A stretch of DNA of 64,000 nt from an uncultured Nitrospiraceae bacterium (GCA_963727775.1 CAVSHB010000001.1:672001-736000), one strand, 5' to 3'. Shown: positions 20,195-30,463, counted from the first letter of the stretch. The notes: generated by a model from the sequence alone, not told the origin. Made by a program: numbers and translations.

Positions 20195-21156
20195 ATGCTC
20201 AAGACATCTCTTTTTCTTAACAGGTAAAGGAAATAGGGTGAGCCGATAATTGCCGTGATGATCCCTGACGGGATCTCCATCGGAGGCATAATGGACCTAC
20301 CGATCAGGTCGGCTATACATAAAAATGCCCCGCCGCAGACAGCGGATACCGGTATCAAAACCCTGTTGTCCGCGCCGACGAAGAACCGCACTATGTGGGG
20401 TATCAGCAGGCCTATGAAACCTATAGTGCCGCCGAGGGAGACGGACGCCGCAGTCATGAGCGCAACAGAGACGAACAGAAGCATCCGCTCCTTGTGTACT
20501 GAAAAACCGAGGCTGTGGGCGAGTTCATCCCCGAGCATCAATGCGTTCAAGGCCTTTGACCTGAATATGGAAATAGATAAGCCCGCGATGATCAGTACAA
20601 AACCATACGGTACCGATGACCAGTCTGCAATCGAGAGGTCGCCGAATATCCATAGGACAGCCCTCCTGATACCTTCATATGAAGAGACGCTAATGAGGAG
20701 CATAAGGAGCGCATAAAACAGGAAACTCAGGCCGACTCCTGCAAGCAGAAGCCGGTCGGGCAACAATTTGCCACGTTTCCAGCCAAAGGCCCCGACTATC
20801 AGACTCACAACAGACGCGCCGAAAAAGGCGGTCAAAGGTATCGTAAATTTACCGAAGAGATAGAATCCAGACAAGAGTGCAAATGCCGCAGCGAGCGCTG
20901 ATCCGCTTGAGATGCCGAGTATATAAGGGTCGGCCAATGGGTTTTTTAATATGCCCTGAAGGACAGCCCCTGAAGCGCCGAGCGCCATCCCCATAAGAAC
21001 CGCGACCATGACCCTCGGGAGTCTTATTGAAAGCAGTATTTCTTTGTCGATATCAGTCATAAGAAAAGGATTTATTACCCTGGGTCCGACTAAGAGCGCG
21101 GCCAGAAAGATGAGGACCGAGATTATGATGAGAATTGATATTTTTACCTGAGACAC
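20191..21156 (-). CDS. Cobalamin/Fe-siderophore ABC transporter permease (FecCD/BtuC)
   Basis: IRLPR, NPLADPYILGISSG, GFIGLLIPH, EIPSG. Confidence 0.93.
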   Translation of the reverse strand: MSQVKISILIIISVLIFLAALLVGPRVINPFLMTDIDKEILLSIRLPRVMVAVLMGMALGASGAVLQGILKNPLADPYILGISSGSALAAAFALLSGFYLFGKFTIPLTAFFGASVVSLIVGAFGWKRGKLLPDRLLLAGVGLSFLFYALLMLLISVSSYEGIRRAVLWIFGDLSIADWSSVPYGFVLIIAGLSISIFRSKALNALMLGDELAHSLGFSVHKERMLLFVSVALMTAASVSLGGTIGFIGLLIPHIVRFFVGADNRVLIPVSAVCGGAFLCIADLIGRSIMPPMEIPSGIITAIIGSPYFLYLLRKRDVLSI

Positions 21157-21983
21157 CCGGACATCTCCTCAATGCCTTTGACGACCCTCGGCCCGAGTCT
21201 GTAAAGGTTGTCGCTTAAAAAAAAGACTTTACCGTTCCTGACCGCCGGGATTCTCGCTATTTTTTTCAGGAGTACCTCCGACATTTCCTTTATATCCTCG
21301 TGCCCCCTACCGATGAAAATCACGTCAGGTGACTGCCGAATTATTTCCTCTATGGAATATTTCGGATAGCGCGCCCTGGCCTTTGATGCGGTATTCTCAA
21401 CACCGAGGAGATTGATTGCGTCATCTATCTCCGTGCCCGGCCCCGCAACTATCAGAGGTTCGGGCCAGATGATGAATAAGACCCTTTTTTTCAATGACTG
21501 ATTAAGCCTGGACCGTGTAGCTTTATTAACCGCGGTCTCTATCTCTCCCGCAAGGATTTCGGCTTTCTTTGTGACGCCGAGCGCTGTTCCCATTTCCCTG
21601 ATGCCCTGCGGGAGTTCTGAAAGCTTCCTCGCCCTGAATACATATGTCCTTATGTGTAATGAACGCAATCTTTCTTCAAACTCCTTCGGATTACCGTCGG
21701 TAGTCATCATAACGATATCGGGTTTCATCGATACCACGGTTTCTAAGGACGGGTTGGACATCCCGCCGACCTTTGGCTTCAGCTTTGCCTCCCGGGGGTA
21801 GTCACAAAAAGTTGTGACGCCGGTAATCTTGTCGCCGAGTCCCAGGGCAAAAAGGATTTCCGTCATATTCGGGGCTAAGGATATGATACGCTTCGGCGTC
21901 TCTGAAGAATAGACCGATGCAAATGGTAAAAAAAGGCCTGCAATTATTATAAATACCAAAAAAAACAGTCGTGATGTTTTCAT
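21144..21983 (-). CDS. Cobalamin-binding periplasmic protein (BtuF-like)
   Basis: Signal peptide; RIISLAPNMTEILFALG, VTTFCDYP, PAVRNG, RLGPR. Confidence 0.9.
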   Translation of the reverse strand: MKTSRLFFLVFIIIAGLFLPFASVYSSETPKRIISLAPNMTEILFALGLGDKITGVTTFCDYPREAKLKPKVGGMSNPSLETVVSMKPDIVMMTTDGNPKEFEERLRSLHIRTYVFRARKLSELPQGIREMGTALGVTKKAEILAGEIETAVNKATRSRLNQSLKKRVLFIIWPEPLIVAGPGTEIDDAINLLGVENTASKARARYPKYSIEEIIRQSPDVIFIGRGHEDIKEMSEVLLKKIARIPAVRNGKVFFLSDNLYRLGPRVVKGIEEMSGCLR

Positions 21984-22098
21984 TGTGAAATTTTACCTGT
22001 TTAAGCCAAAAATTGCATAAAAAACGTTCGAGTTAATAGATAAGATGTAATGTTATATAATTGTTAAGTATTATGGCTAAAGAAAATTAGGAATATAT

Positions 22099-24315
22099 AT
22101 GCGCTATTACGATGAATTGGTCAATGAACTTTCAGAGCTTTGCGGTATAGCCTCGGAGTATTGGGATATCTTCGGCAAAAGGCATGTAGCTTCTTTGGAT
22201 ACAAAAAAGGCGATACTCAGAGCAATGAGAATCAATATCGGTTCGGCTGAAGATATAGCCGGAGAGATCCATGAGCGGAAATGGAAAACCTGGAAAAGCT
22301 TCATTGATCCGGTGCATGTCATATCGGTAAGTCAGCCGTTGAGGATCCCTGTTTATATCCACGTACGGGGATCCAAACAGCCGGAACTTAAGATCTCATG
22401 GTCTGTTGTCAGCGAGAACGGGAGAAAAGATGAATACAGGCTCACCGGGGATTCCATAACCGTGTCAGAACAACAATGGATAGACGGCATAAGGTATATA
22501 AAGGTATATCTGACGGATGAGGCGCACAGGGACATAGGGTATCATGTGCTCTCTGTTGAGTGCACACACCCTGAGAGAAAGGATAAGCTCAAAAAAAAAT
22601 CAAAGATCATCGTATGCCCGGACGCCTGTTATATCCCCGCTTCATTGCAGGAACACAGGACGTGGGGGCTGTCTGTTAACCTTTATTCAATACGCTCAAG
22701 ACGGAATTGGGGGATAGGCGATTTTACCGATCTTAATAAGATTGTCAAGCTGATTGGTGAATCGAAGGGCGGTTTTGTCGGGATCAATCCATTGCACGCG
22801 GGCCCCAATACAAAACCTTTTGGCATAAGCCCCTATTCACCGATAAGCAGGCTCTATAAAAACTTCATTTATCTTGATCTGGAAAAAATACCCGAAGTGA
22901 AAGAGTCAAGCGTGATTCGTAAAATCATATCTTTCCGGAAGTTTAAAAAAGAATTGGATGAACTGAAGTCTTTGGACCTAATTGATTACGAAAAGACAGC
23001 ATCTGTAAAAGAAAAAATAGTGAGACAGGCTTTCGGGCATTTTTATAAGAAACACTATATACAGGACACGCGTAGGGCGAGGGAATTTAAGAAATATGTA
23101 TCGGCAGAAGGCGCAGACCTTGAATCTTTTGCTGTCTTCATGGCCTTAAGGGAACATATGATAGAAAAAGCCGGCTTATATTCATGGCAGGAATGGCCGG
23201 AAGAATATCAGGATATATCAGGGAAGGCGGTAGAGGCGTTCAAAAAAGCAAATGCCGGAGAGATACTTTACTACCAATATGTTCAGTGGCTTATCGACAC
23301 GCAACTGAATGAGATTTCTATGACTGCTAAAAATAAAGGGATGGACCTTGGACTTTACTTTGACCTTGCGATCGGGTCTATCGGAGGCGGAAGCGACGCC
23401 TGGAATTACAGGGACGTAATCGCAGACGGACCGGATGTCGGCGCGCCTCCTGATGATTTCAGTCCCGAGGGCCAGAAATGGGGTTTCCCGCCGCTCATTC
23501 CCGATGGCCTGAAAGAAAAAGGATATGAATTATTTATACTAACGATAAGAAAGAATATGAAATACGCGGGCGCTTTGAGAATAGACCATGCTCTCGGCAT
23601 GTTCAGGATTTTCTGGATCCCGGAGGGCATGTCTCCAAAAGACGGTGCTTATGTCCTTTATCCGTCGGAGGACCTGCTGAGAATCATCGCCCTGGAGAGT
23701 ATGCGTAACCGGACGCTGGTGATCGCAGAGGACCTTGGAACGATAGGAGAAAATGTCAGGGAGACGCTTAAGAGGTTCAGAATGCTTTCTTACAGGCTCT
23801 TTTATTTTGAGAGGAACTATCCCGACCCTTCGTTCCTTTTGCCGGAGAGATACCCTGACACGGCCTTATGCGCTGTGACGACCCACGACCTTCCGACCAT
23901 ATACGGCTATTGGAGCGGCGCCGATCTTGAGGCAAGGAGAAAGCTGGGCAAATTTCCTGACGATGTTTCGTGGATAAAACAGGTCAATGAAAGAGAAAAG
24001 GACAAGAGGCTTATCCTTACTGTCCTCAAGTCCCGGAATATTGTACCGGATGGTTTTCCTTCCGAGCCGGAGATGGTCCCGGAAATGACCCCGGAACTTT
24101 GCCTTGCAATATACCGCTATCTTGCTTTGACTCCGTGCAAACTGCTGCTTGTGAGCCTCGATGATATTATCGGTGTCATGAATCAGCAGAACATGCCGGG
24201 CACGGTTGATGTCTATCCAAACTGGATGCAGAAGACGCCGCTGACCCTGGAGGAGATCATGAAAGACAAAAGGGTTGCCGGTCTTGCAAAGGAGTTAAAG
24301 AAATATTTCAGCTAA
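22099..24315 (+). CDS. malQ: 4-alpha-glucanotransferase (GH77)
   Basis: WGIGDFTDL, SPYSP, DLAIG, GAPPD, LRIDHALG, AEDLG, TTHDLPT, NMPGT. Confidence 0.96.
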   Translation: MRYYDELVNELSELCGIASEYWDIFGKRHVASLDTKKAILRAMRINIGSAEDIAGEIHERKWKTWKSFIDPVHVISVSQPLRIPVYIHVRGSKQPELKISWSVVSENGRKDEYRLTGDSITVSEQQWIDGIRYIKVYLTDEAHRDIGYHVLSVECTHPERKDKLKKKSKIIVCPDACYIPASLQEHRTWGLSVNLYSIRSRRNWGIGDFTDLNKIVKLIGESKGGFVGINPLHAGPNTKPFGISPYSPISRLYKNFIYLDLEKIPEVKESSVIRKIISFRKFKKELDELKSLDLIDYEKTASVKEKIVRQAFGHFYKKHYIQDTRRAREFKKYVSAEGADLESFAVFMALREHMIEKAGLYSWQEWPEEYQDISGKAVEAFKKANAGEILYYQYVQWLIDTQLNEISMTAKNKGMDLGLYFDLAIGSIGGGSDAWNYRDVIADGPDVGAPPDDFSPEGQKWGFPPLIPDGLKEKGYELFILTIRKNMKYAGALRIDHALGMFRIFWIPEGMSPKDGAYVLYPSEDLLRIIALESMRNRTLVIAEDLGTIGENVRETLKRFRMLSYRLFYFERNYPDPSFLLPERYPDTALCAVTTHDLPTIYGYWSGADLEARRKLGKFPDDVSWIKQVNEREKDKRLILTVLKSRNIVPDGFPSEPEMVPEMTPELCLAIYRYLALTPCKLLLVSLDDIIGVMNQQNMPGTVDVYPNWMQKTPLTLEEIMKDKRVAGLAKELKKYFS

Positions 24316-24391
24316 TAAGAAACATGCTGCTATTTTATTTTCTCAGGGTATCGTTTAAAATCTTAGTAAATCAAATCTTCATGGAGGCATA

Positions 24392-25618
24392 ATGTCACAC
24401 CCTAAGGTTCTTGCGTTTGTCCTTGCGGGAGGCAAGGGCGAGAGACTTTTTCCTTTAACTGCATTTCGCTCAAAACCATCCGTACCTTTCGGGGGAAGGT
24501 ACAGAATAGCTGATTTTGTCCTGAGTAATCTTGTTAATTCTCATATTTATTCCATATACCTTCTTGTCCAGTACAAATCACAGTCCTTAATCGAGCATCT
24601 GAGAATGCACTGGAATCTTTCTTCCGTGGTGAAGGACCATTTTGTGACTGTCGTCCCTCCGCAGATGCATATGGGGACTGAATGGTTCCAAGGTACGGCT
24701 GACGCTGTTTTCCAGAACGTCAGCCTTATCCAGCAGCACAATCCGAAACTCGTTATTATCTTCGGGGCCGATCACATTTACAGAATGGATATCCGGCAGA
24801 TGATCGATTTCCATATCGAAAATGAAGCCTTTGTTACTGTAGCAGCAAGACCTGTGCCGGTTGAACAGGCTTCTTCTTTCGGAATTATCATGAGTGACAG
24901 TGAAAAGCGGATCGTCGGGTTCCAGGAAAAACCGAAGAAGCCCATCCCGATGCCCGATGATCCCAGCCGGGCATATGTCTCCATGGGAAATTACATATTC
25001 AACAAAGACGTTCTGATGGAGGCTCTGGGAAGGGCGCAGAAGAAGAAGCAGCACGACTTCGGGGCACATGTTATACCCGACCTGGTCGGAACGGGAAAGG
25101 TCTTTGCTTATGACTTCGGAACTAATGTCATCCCCGGGACTAAGCCGTATGAAGAGGAAGGTTACTGGAGGGATGTCGGTTCAATATCCGCTTTTTTTGA
25201 TGCACACATGGACATGCTCGGCGAATCGCCTCTCTTCGAGCTTGATAACGGTCTCTGGCCGATCCATCCATCCGGCTATGAAGGGCCTGCCACAAAAATT
25301 CTCAGGGGCGATATAAGGAACAGCATGATTGCCGAGGGGTGCCTCATCGGTAGGGCGAAGATACGAAATTCTATTATCCGGAGCGGTGTGACAATTGAGA
25401 ACGATGTCAGTGTGGAAGATTGTATAATTATGGATACTGTAAACCTTAAAAAGGGGTGCAGGCTCAAAAAGGTCATAGTGGACAAGTTTAATGTCATAAA
25501 CGAAGGGGAGGAAATCGGCTTCAGTACGGAAAAAGACAGGTTTCGCTGTCACGTGGACTCATCGGGCATTGCTATTGTCCCGCGAGGCGGCAAACTGATA
25601 AGGGCTTCGAAGAAATAG
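24392..25618 (+). CDS. glgC: Glucose-1-phosphate adenylyltransferase
   Basis: LAGGKGERL.PLT..RSKPSVPFGG.YR, WFQGTADAV, GADHIYRMD, EKP, SMGNY, YWRDVG. Confidence 0.97.
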   Translation: MSHPKVLAFVLAGGKGERLFPLTAFRSKPSVPFGGRYRIADFVLSNLVNSHIYSIYLLVQYKSQSLIEHLRMHWNLSSVVKDHFVTVVPPQMHMGTEWFQGTADAVFQNVSLIQQHNPKLVIIFGADHIYRMDIRQMIDFHIENEAFVTVAARPVPVEQASSFGIIMSDSEKRIVGFQEKPKKPIPMPDDPSRAYVSMGNYIFNKDVLMEALGRAQKKKQHDFGAHVIPDLVGTGKVFAYDFGTNVIPGTKPYEEEGYWRDVGSISAFFDAHMDMLGESPLFELDNGLWPIHPSGYEGPATKILRGDIRNSMIAEGCLIGRAKIRNSIIRSGVTIENDVSVEDCIIMDTVNLKKGCRLKKVIVDKFNVINEGEEIGFSTEKDRFRCHVDSSGIAIVPRGGKLIRASKK

Positions 25619-25681
25619 GCAATGTTGTTCCCGTGTCGGTAATCTGGTAGACTTGTAAAAATCATTTGAAGAGGAGGGAAT

Positions 25682-25999
25682 ATGGAATTTTGGGAAAAGG
25701 TGAAAAGGGACATTCAGAAGGGAATAAAAGAAGGTGTCGACATTATTAAAGCGAAAGCAGAGGAACTTACCGAGGAGGGGAAGAAAAGGCTCAAACTATT
25801 TGAGCTGAAGACAAAGGTCCAGGGAGAGATATCAAACCTCGGGGGGAAGGTCTATGACCTTAGTTCAACAGCCAAGAACCCGCTGCTTGACGGTAAGGTG
25901 AAAGCAATAGTGGGAAAAATCAAAAAACTTGAGGCGCAGATAGCAAAGATTGAGGGAAAGAAGAAAGCTTCGCGCAAGACAACAAAAAGGCGGACTTAG
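25682..25999 (+). CDS. Hypothetical coiled-coil protein
   Basis: 105 aa, GGAGG RBS, charged helical composition. Confidence 0.75.
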   Translation: MEFWEKVKRDIQKGIKEGVDIIKAKAEELTEEGKKRLKLFELKTKVQGEISNLGGKVYDLSSTAKNPLLDGKVKAIVGKIKKLEAQIAKIEGKKKASRKTTKRRT

Positions 26000-26035
26000 C
26001 GGATTAAGACCTCCTGACGCCGAAGTTTGGCCGGA

Positions 26036-26665
26036 TTATTTTTTCTTGGCGGCAAGCAACAGTTCCTTTTCAATTGCCCCTTCCCTCAGTATCTTTATTT
26101 CGTCACCTTCCACATCTACGATTGTTGAGGGAAGGCCGCCGGGTGTGGTGCCTTCGTCAATAATAAGATCAAGTTCATCATCAAAATATCTTCTGATAGT
26201 TTCCATGTCCTGAGCAGGCCCGGCACCCGATGGATTAGCGCTTGTAGCAGTAATGGGAAATCCGGCATATTCAGCGAGGCGCAGGGCGAATGAATTACCC
26301 GGCATTCTGACAGCAACCTTGCGCGTTTTAGCTGTTATAAATTCAGAGAGATTTTCTTTTGCCGGAAAGATGACGGTGAGAGGGGCGGGCCAGAACCTTT
26401 CTGTAAGTGATATCGCTGTGTTATCCATTGACGCCGCGATGACCGAAAGCAGATCCCTGTTCCCTATGATCAAAGGTATGGCCATTTTTAGAGGTCTTTG
26501 TTTTATTTTATAAAGCCTTTTTAATGAGTCTTCCATGTCAAATTTGACGCCAAGACCATAGAATGTCTCCGTCGGGTACGCGATGATCCCACCACCCTTA
26601 AGAATATCAACTGCTTTATGCAATATTTGCTTTATGTTTCGATCGGTGACCTTCATCAGTAACAT
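26036..26665 (-). CDS. tsaC: L-threonylcarbamoyladenylate synthase (TsaC/Sua5/YrdC)
   Basis: YPTETFYGL, KQRP, FWPAPLT, VAVRMP, TATSANPSG, PSTIVD, LREGAI. Confidence 0.95.
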   Translation of the reverse strand: MLLMKVTDRNIKQILHKAVDILKGGGIIAYPTETFYGLGVKFDMEDSLKRLYKIKQRPLKMAIPLIIGNRDLLSVIAASMDNTAISLTERFWPAPLTVIFPAKENLSEFITAKTRKVAVRMPGNSFALRLAEYAGFPITATSANPSGAGPAQDMETIRRYFDDELDLIIDEGTTPGGLPSTIVDVEGDEIKILREGAIEKELLLAAKKK

Positions 26666-26759
26666 CGCAAAATACTACCACAGACGCAGGGCTTTTTTCA
26701 GTCCCGCGTTGCCGAAATATATAAAAAATAAAATTTTGTCATCAAAATCAATTAATTTA

Positions 26760-26788
26760 TTGACATTTAATAGATTTTACTTTAAGAT
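26760..26788 (+). promoter_or_regulatory. Sigma70-like promoter of the lipoprotein gene
   Basis: TTGACA-17 nt-TAAGAT upstream of a GAGGAGG RBS. Confidence 0.6.
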
Positions 26789-26827
26789 TTACGGTAATTA
26801 TGAATTAAGTAAGAGAGGAGGTGTAAA

Positions 26828-27229
26828 ATGAAGAAAATAGCTTTATTAGTCCTTTCTTTATCTTTATTTCTTGTCTTCGGCTGCGCGTCAAAAGACTATG
26901 TGAAACAGCAGATTGACCCATTGATAGACAGAATCAGCAGGCTCGAAGCGAGGGTTTCAGCCATTGAGTCCAAGGTCAATGCGCTTGAAGGAAAAGTCGG
27001 CGAAATCGATGTCGCCAAGAAAGACGCACGCGAAGCTAAAGCGCTTGCTGATGATGCGATGAAGACGGCGAAGGAATGCTGCAATAAGGCGGACGCTGCC
27101 GCGAAACGTGCTGAAGACGCCGCGAAACGCGCTGAAGTTGCCGCAGCAAAAGCAGAAGCTGCCGCTGAAGCGGCTGAAAATGCTGCAAAGAAAAGCGGAA
27201 AGGCCTTCGAGTTACAGCAGAAGAAATAG
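26828..27229 (+). CDS. Alanine-zipper lipoprotein (Lpp/OprI-like)
   Basis: Lipobox VFGC, heptad coiled coil, Ala-rich repeats, C-terminal QQKK. Confidence 0.8.
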   Translation: MKKIALLVLSLSLFLVFGCASKDYVKQQIDPLIDRISRLEARVSAIESKVNALEGKVGEIDVAKKDAREAKALADDAMKTAKECCNKADAAAKRAEDAAKRAEVAAAKAEAAAEAAENAAKKSGKAFELQQKK

Positions 27230-27250
27230 TCGGAATATTTTTTTGTTATA

Positions 27251-27291
27251 GGGGCTGAAGGATGCGATATTCTTTAGCCCCTTTATTTTTT
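27251..27291. terminator. Rho-independent terminator between convergent genes
   Basis: GGGGCTGAAGGA...TTCTTTAGCCCC followed by a T-tract. Confidence 0.7.
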
Positions 27292-27311
27292 CTTAATTTT
27301 TTCCCGAACGC

Positions 27312-28490
27312 TCACTCTTTCGCAGGCAGAGTGAAGTAAACAATGGAGCCTTTTCCCGGCTCCGACTTAACCCAAATCCTTCCGCCGTGACGCTCAACAA
27401 TTTTTTTGCAAGCCGCAAGGCCTATGCCCGTACCAGGGTATTCCTCCCTGCTATGGAGACGCCTGAAACTGATGAATATCTGATCTGCAAACTTCGGCTC
27501 AATACCTATCCCATTATCTTCAATAGAAAAGACCCACTCATTTTTCATTCGTTCGGCTGAAATGTGAATCCTTGGCGTATCCTTTCCATGAAACTTAATA
27601 GCATTGCCGACCAGATTCTGAAATAATCTTATCAATTGCGAGGAGTCTGCCGTGACAATCGGCAGATTGTCATGGCTAATTACTGCGCCGTTTTCTTTGA
27701 TAGCTGCCTGAAGATTGAAAATTGCCCTGTCCAAGGCCGATAAACATTCGGTAGGTTCGAAACTTTTGCGTTTTGTCCCTATTTGTGAGTAGTCCAACAA
27801 ATCTTTAATGAGAGCCTGCATCCGTTTCGTGCCCTCAATAGCATATTCGATGAATTCATAGGCCTTTTCATCGAGTTTTCCTTTGTAGCGCTTTGCCAGG
27901 AGTTTGACAAAACCTGCGACTACCCGTAAAGGTTCCTGTAAGTCGTGTGCTGCAGAGTAAGCAAACTGCTCCAGGTCTGCATTGGAACGGAATAGCTCAT
28001 CGGACAATTCCTTCAATTTCTCTTCTGCCAGCTTTCGTTCACTGATGTCCGTGAACGTTACGACCGCACCGACGATTTTTTCGTCTTCCATAATCGGGGT
28101 GCTGGTATATTCAACATGGAAAGATGTCCCGTCCTTTCTCCAGAAAACTTCGTCGGACCCACGGTGGACCGTGCCATCCTTATACGCAGCGTAAATAGGG
28201 CATTCTTCCACAGGATAGGGGCTTCCATCCGCCTTTTTATAATGCCATGTTGAGTGGCTGTGTTTACCAATAAGCTCGTCGACTGTATAACCAAGCATTT
28301 GGGCCGCAGCCGGATTAACAAATGTGTGAGTCCCCTGAGTGTTCAAGCCGAAAATACCTTCGCCGGCTGCATTCAGAACGAGTTCATATTGATGATGCAG
28401 CTTTTTGATTAACCTCTGATTCTGCTTGCATGCAGCTTCCTTTGATTCCAGCTCCGCGACCTTCCGACGCAATTCTAACAATTCATCCAT
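27312..28490 (-). CDS. PAS-domain sensor histidine kinase
   Basis: [45 protein letters not shown]. Confidence 0.95.
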   Translation of the reverse strand: MDELLELRRKVAELESKEAACKQNQRLIKKLHHQYELVLNAAGEGIFGLNTQGTHTFVNPAAAQMLGYTVDELIGKHSHSTWHYKKADGSPYPVEECPIYAAYKDGTVHRGSDEVFWRKDGTSFHVEYTSTPIMEDEKIVGAVVTFTDISERKLAEEKLKELSDELFRSNADLEQFAYSAAHDLQEPLRVVAGFVKLLAKRYKGKLDEKAYEFIEYAIEGTKRMQALIKDLLDYSQIGTKRKSFEPTECLSALDRAIFNLQAAIKENGAVISHDNLPIVTADSSQLIRLFQNLVGNAIKFHGKDTPRIHISAERMKNEWVFSIEDNGIGIEPKFADQIFISFRRLHSREEYPGTGIGLAACKKIVERHGGRIWVKSEPGKGSIVYFTLPAKE

Positions 28491-28729
28491 CAGCTCGCTT
28501 TTTTGAAGTAGGGACAGCCACTCATATGAAGTTCCTCCTTGATTAATTCACAGGCAAAATATGCCATATACTTCCAACTTGGTTCACTCATGTGTCATAT
28601 GATAACGCGAGTTCCATATTGAGTTTATTCGAAGCAAGACAGGTGCCAGACTGTAACTTGTTAATTTATAGGGATTTAGAAAAAAGGTGCTGGAAATCCC
28701 TCCGGCAGATTTCCATATCGCTCCGGCAA

Positions 28730-28859
28730 AATGTCGTGTTTGGAGCCAGCTCAAAATAGGGTGGGTCGCTTTTTCCAGTCCCAGAGCATGTATTATTGCT
28801 CCGGGGACATCCGGTCTTGGCGGTAATTTATCCCTGGAATATACTTTGATCTCACTCAT
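28730..28859 (-). pseudogene. Cupin-like protein N-terminal remnant
   Basis: MSEIKVY...PGA..HALGLEKA, frameshift, YFELAPNTTF; start overlaps the methyltransferase stop. Confidence 0.45.
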
Positions 28860-29604
28860 GTTTGCTCTCCTTCTCTTTCCTGCCGCCGTACATCGTAAAT
28901 ATTCCATATTTATAGAAGCAGTCTACGTCCTTAAAGCCGGTTGCCTTTAATGCGTTCAATTGATATTCAAGCGTGTCAGGCTTATTGTCCTTGTTGTCTT
29001 TATATCTGATGACAATGTCATCGTAATGGACACCTTCGACGCCCAAAGCACTCTTCCTTTCGGCTATCCATTCTTTCCATACCGACATATACCACCTGTC
29101 TAAAACATCTGTCGGGGACAGTACAACATCGATATTCACAAAACAGCCGCCGGGCTTGAGATGAGAATAAATCTTTTCGAAGAGCGATCTTTTTTCATTC
29201 GTTTCCAGGTGATGTATAGCCAGTGAAGAGACCGCAAAATCGAAACTCTGGTTCAAAATATCCTTTTCCAGAAAATCCTGGAAGCTTGCGCGGACGTATA
29301 GTATATTCTCAAACTTCTTCAGCCTTTCCCTTGCATTGTTCAACATGTCTTCCGAGCCGTCGAGCAATGTGGCCGATACCGTACCGTCAACTTCGAGGAT
29401 CTGCTGCGTGATAATGCCGTCCCCGCAACCGAGGTCAAGCATTGTTCTCCGGCCCCCGTCTTTCATGAAATGATTGTAGAATGACTGAAGAATAGTGAAC
29501 AGTCTTCTCCGCTCTATAACATAAATTTCGGCGCTGTCCCTATACTCTCTGGTAAAATCGGGCTTGGCCCAGTTGGAGTCATCGAATGTGGTCATGATTT
29601 TCAC
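28852..29604 (-). CDS. Class I SAM-dependent methyltransferase
   Basis: MLDLGCGDG, LDGSEDML, VSSLAIHHL, LKPGG. Confidence 0.92.
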   Translation of the reverse strand: MKIMTTFDDSNWAKPDFTREYRDSAEIYVIERRRLFTILQSFYNHFMKDGGRRTMLDLGCGDGIITQQILEVDGTVSATLLDGSEDMLNNARERLKKFENILYVRASFQDFLEKDILNQSFDFAVSSLAIHHLETNEKRSLFEKIYSHLKPGGCFVNIDVVLSPTDVLDRWYMSVWKEWIAERKSALGVEGVHYDDIVIRYKDNKDNKPDTLEYQLNALKATGFKDVDCFYKYGIFTMYGGRKEKESKHE

Positions 29605-29707
29605 CTCCGGTTAGAATTTGTAATGATGTCGAGTATCTCATCAGTCGCTTTCACGTTGGCAATGGAGATAAGCTCTCTATGGCTATTTTTGCGGGGACAA
29701 ATATTTC

Positions 29708-30463
29708 TTAAACCACCTGTCCCCTGATCCCGATCTTTGTTTTCTTCACCGGTATATTTTTGCCCGACACTTTCACCGCCTCTTCGACCAGCCTTACCAG
29801 TCCGCCGCAGCAGGGGACTTCCATATAAGCGATTGTCACGGATTTGATATCATTTTCTCCTAATATGGCTGAGAGCTTTTCCACGTAAGCGCCAGTGTTA
29901 TCGAGCTTGGGACAGCCGATTGCCACTGTGTGGCCTTTTATAAAATCGTTATGGAACCCAGCGTACGCATAAGCGCAGCAATCTGCTGCCACGAGCAGAT
30001 CAGCTCCCTGGTAATAAATCGCCTTTACCGGCAGAAGGTGTATCTGGACAGGCCAATTCCTTAACTGGGGCTCCGATGGTTCATGTTTGAAGGCCATAAC
30101 AGATGGAGTCCTGCTGATCGATTGGGCCATACTTCCGGGACAACCGCACGCCAAAGATTTGTGCTCTTTCCCCTCATGTTTCTTTTGCGCTTCTTCCATC
30201 TTCAAGACAGCTTCCTTGCCTTGTGTTTTTAATAAATATGTCTTTGTCGCATCAATATCAAAGGGCTTCGATTCCCTTTCTTCAATCTTTAAAGCGCCTG
30301 TGGGACATTTGCCCATGCAGTCGCCGAAACCGTCACAGAAATCTTCTTTGACAAGCTTCGCCTTACCGTCCACTATCTGCAAGGCTCCCTCCGAGCAGGC
30401 GCTCGCGCAATTGCCGCAGCCATCACAGAGTTCCTCATTTATTGTTATGATTTTCCTTTTCAT
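29708..30463 (-). CDS. 4Fe-4S dicluster protein with C-terminal Cys-rich domain
   Basis: CDGCGNC...C, CDGFGDC...CP, GCPGS, WPVQ, AADC, GCPKLD, MEVPCCGG. Confidence 0.92.
   Translation of the reverse strand: MKRKIITINEELCDGCGNCASACSEGALQIVDGKAKLVKEDFCDGFGDCMGKCPTGALKIEERESKPFDIDATKTYLLKTQGKEAVLKMEEAQKKHEGKEHKSLACGCPGSMAQSISRTPSVMAFKHEPSEPQLRNWPVQIHLLPVKAIYYQGADLLVAADCCAYAYAGFHNDFIKGHTVAIGCPKLDNTGAYVEKLSAILGENDIKSVTIAYMEVPCCGGLVRLVEEAVKVSGKNIPVKKTKIGIRGQVV

Noticed and set aside
21984..22098. Cobalamin riboswitch upstream of the Btu-like operon
   Set aside because: Intergenic region is only ~115 nt, AT-rich, with no B12-box
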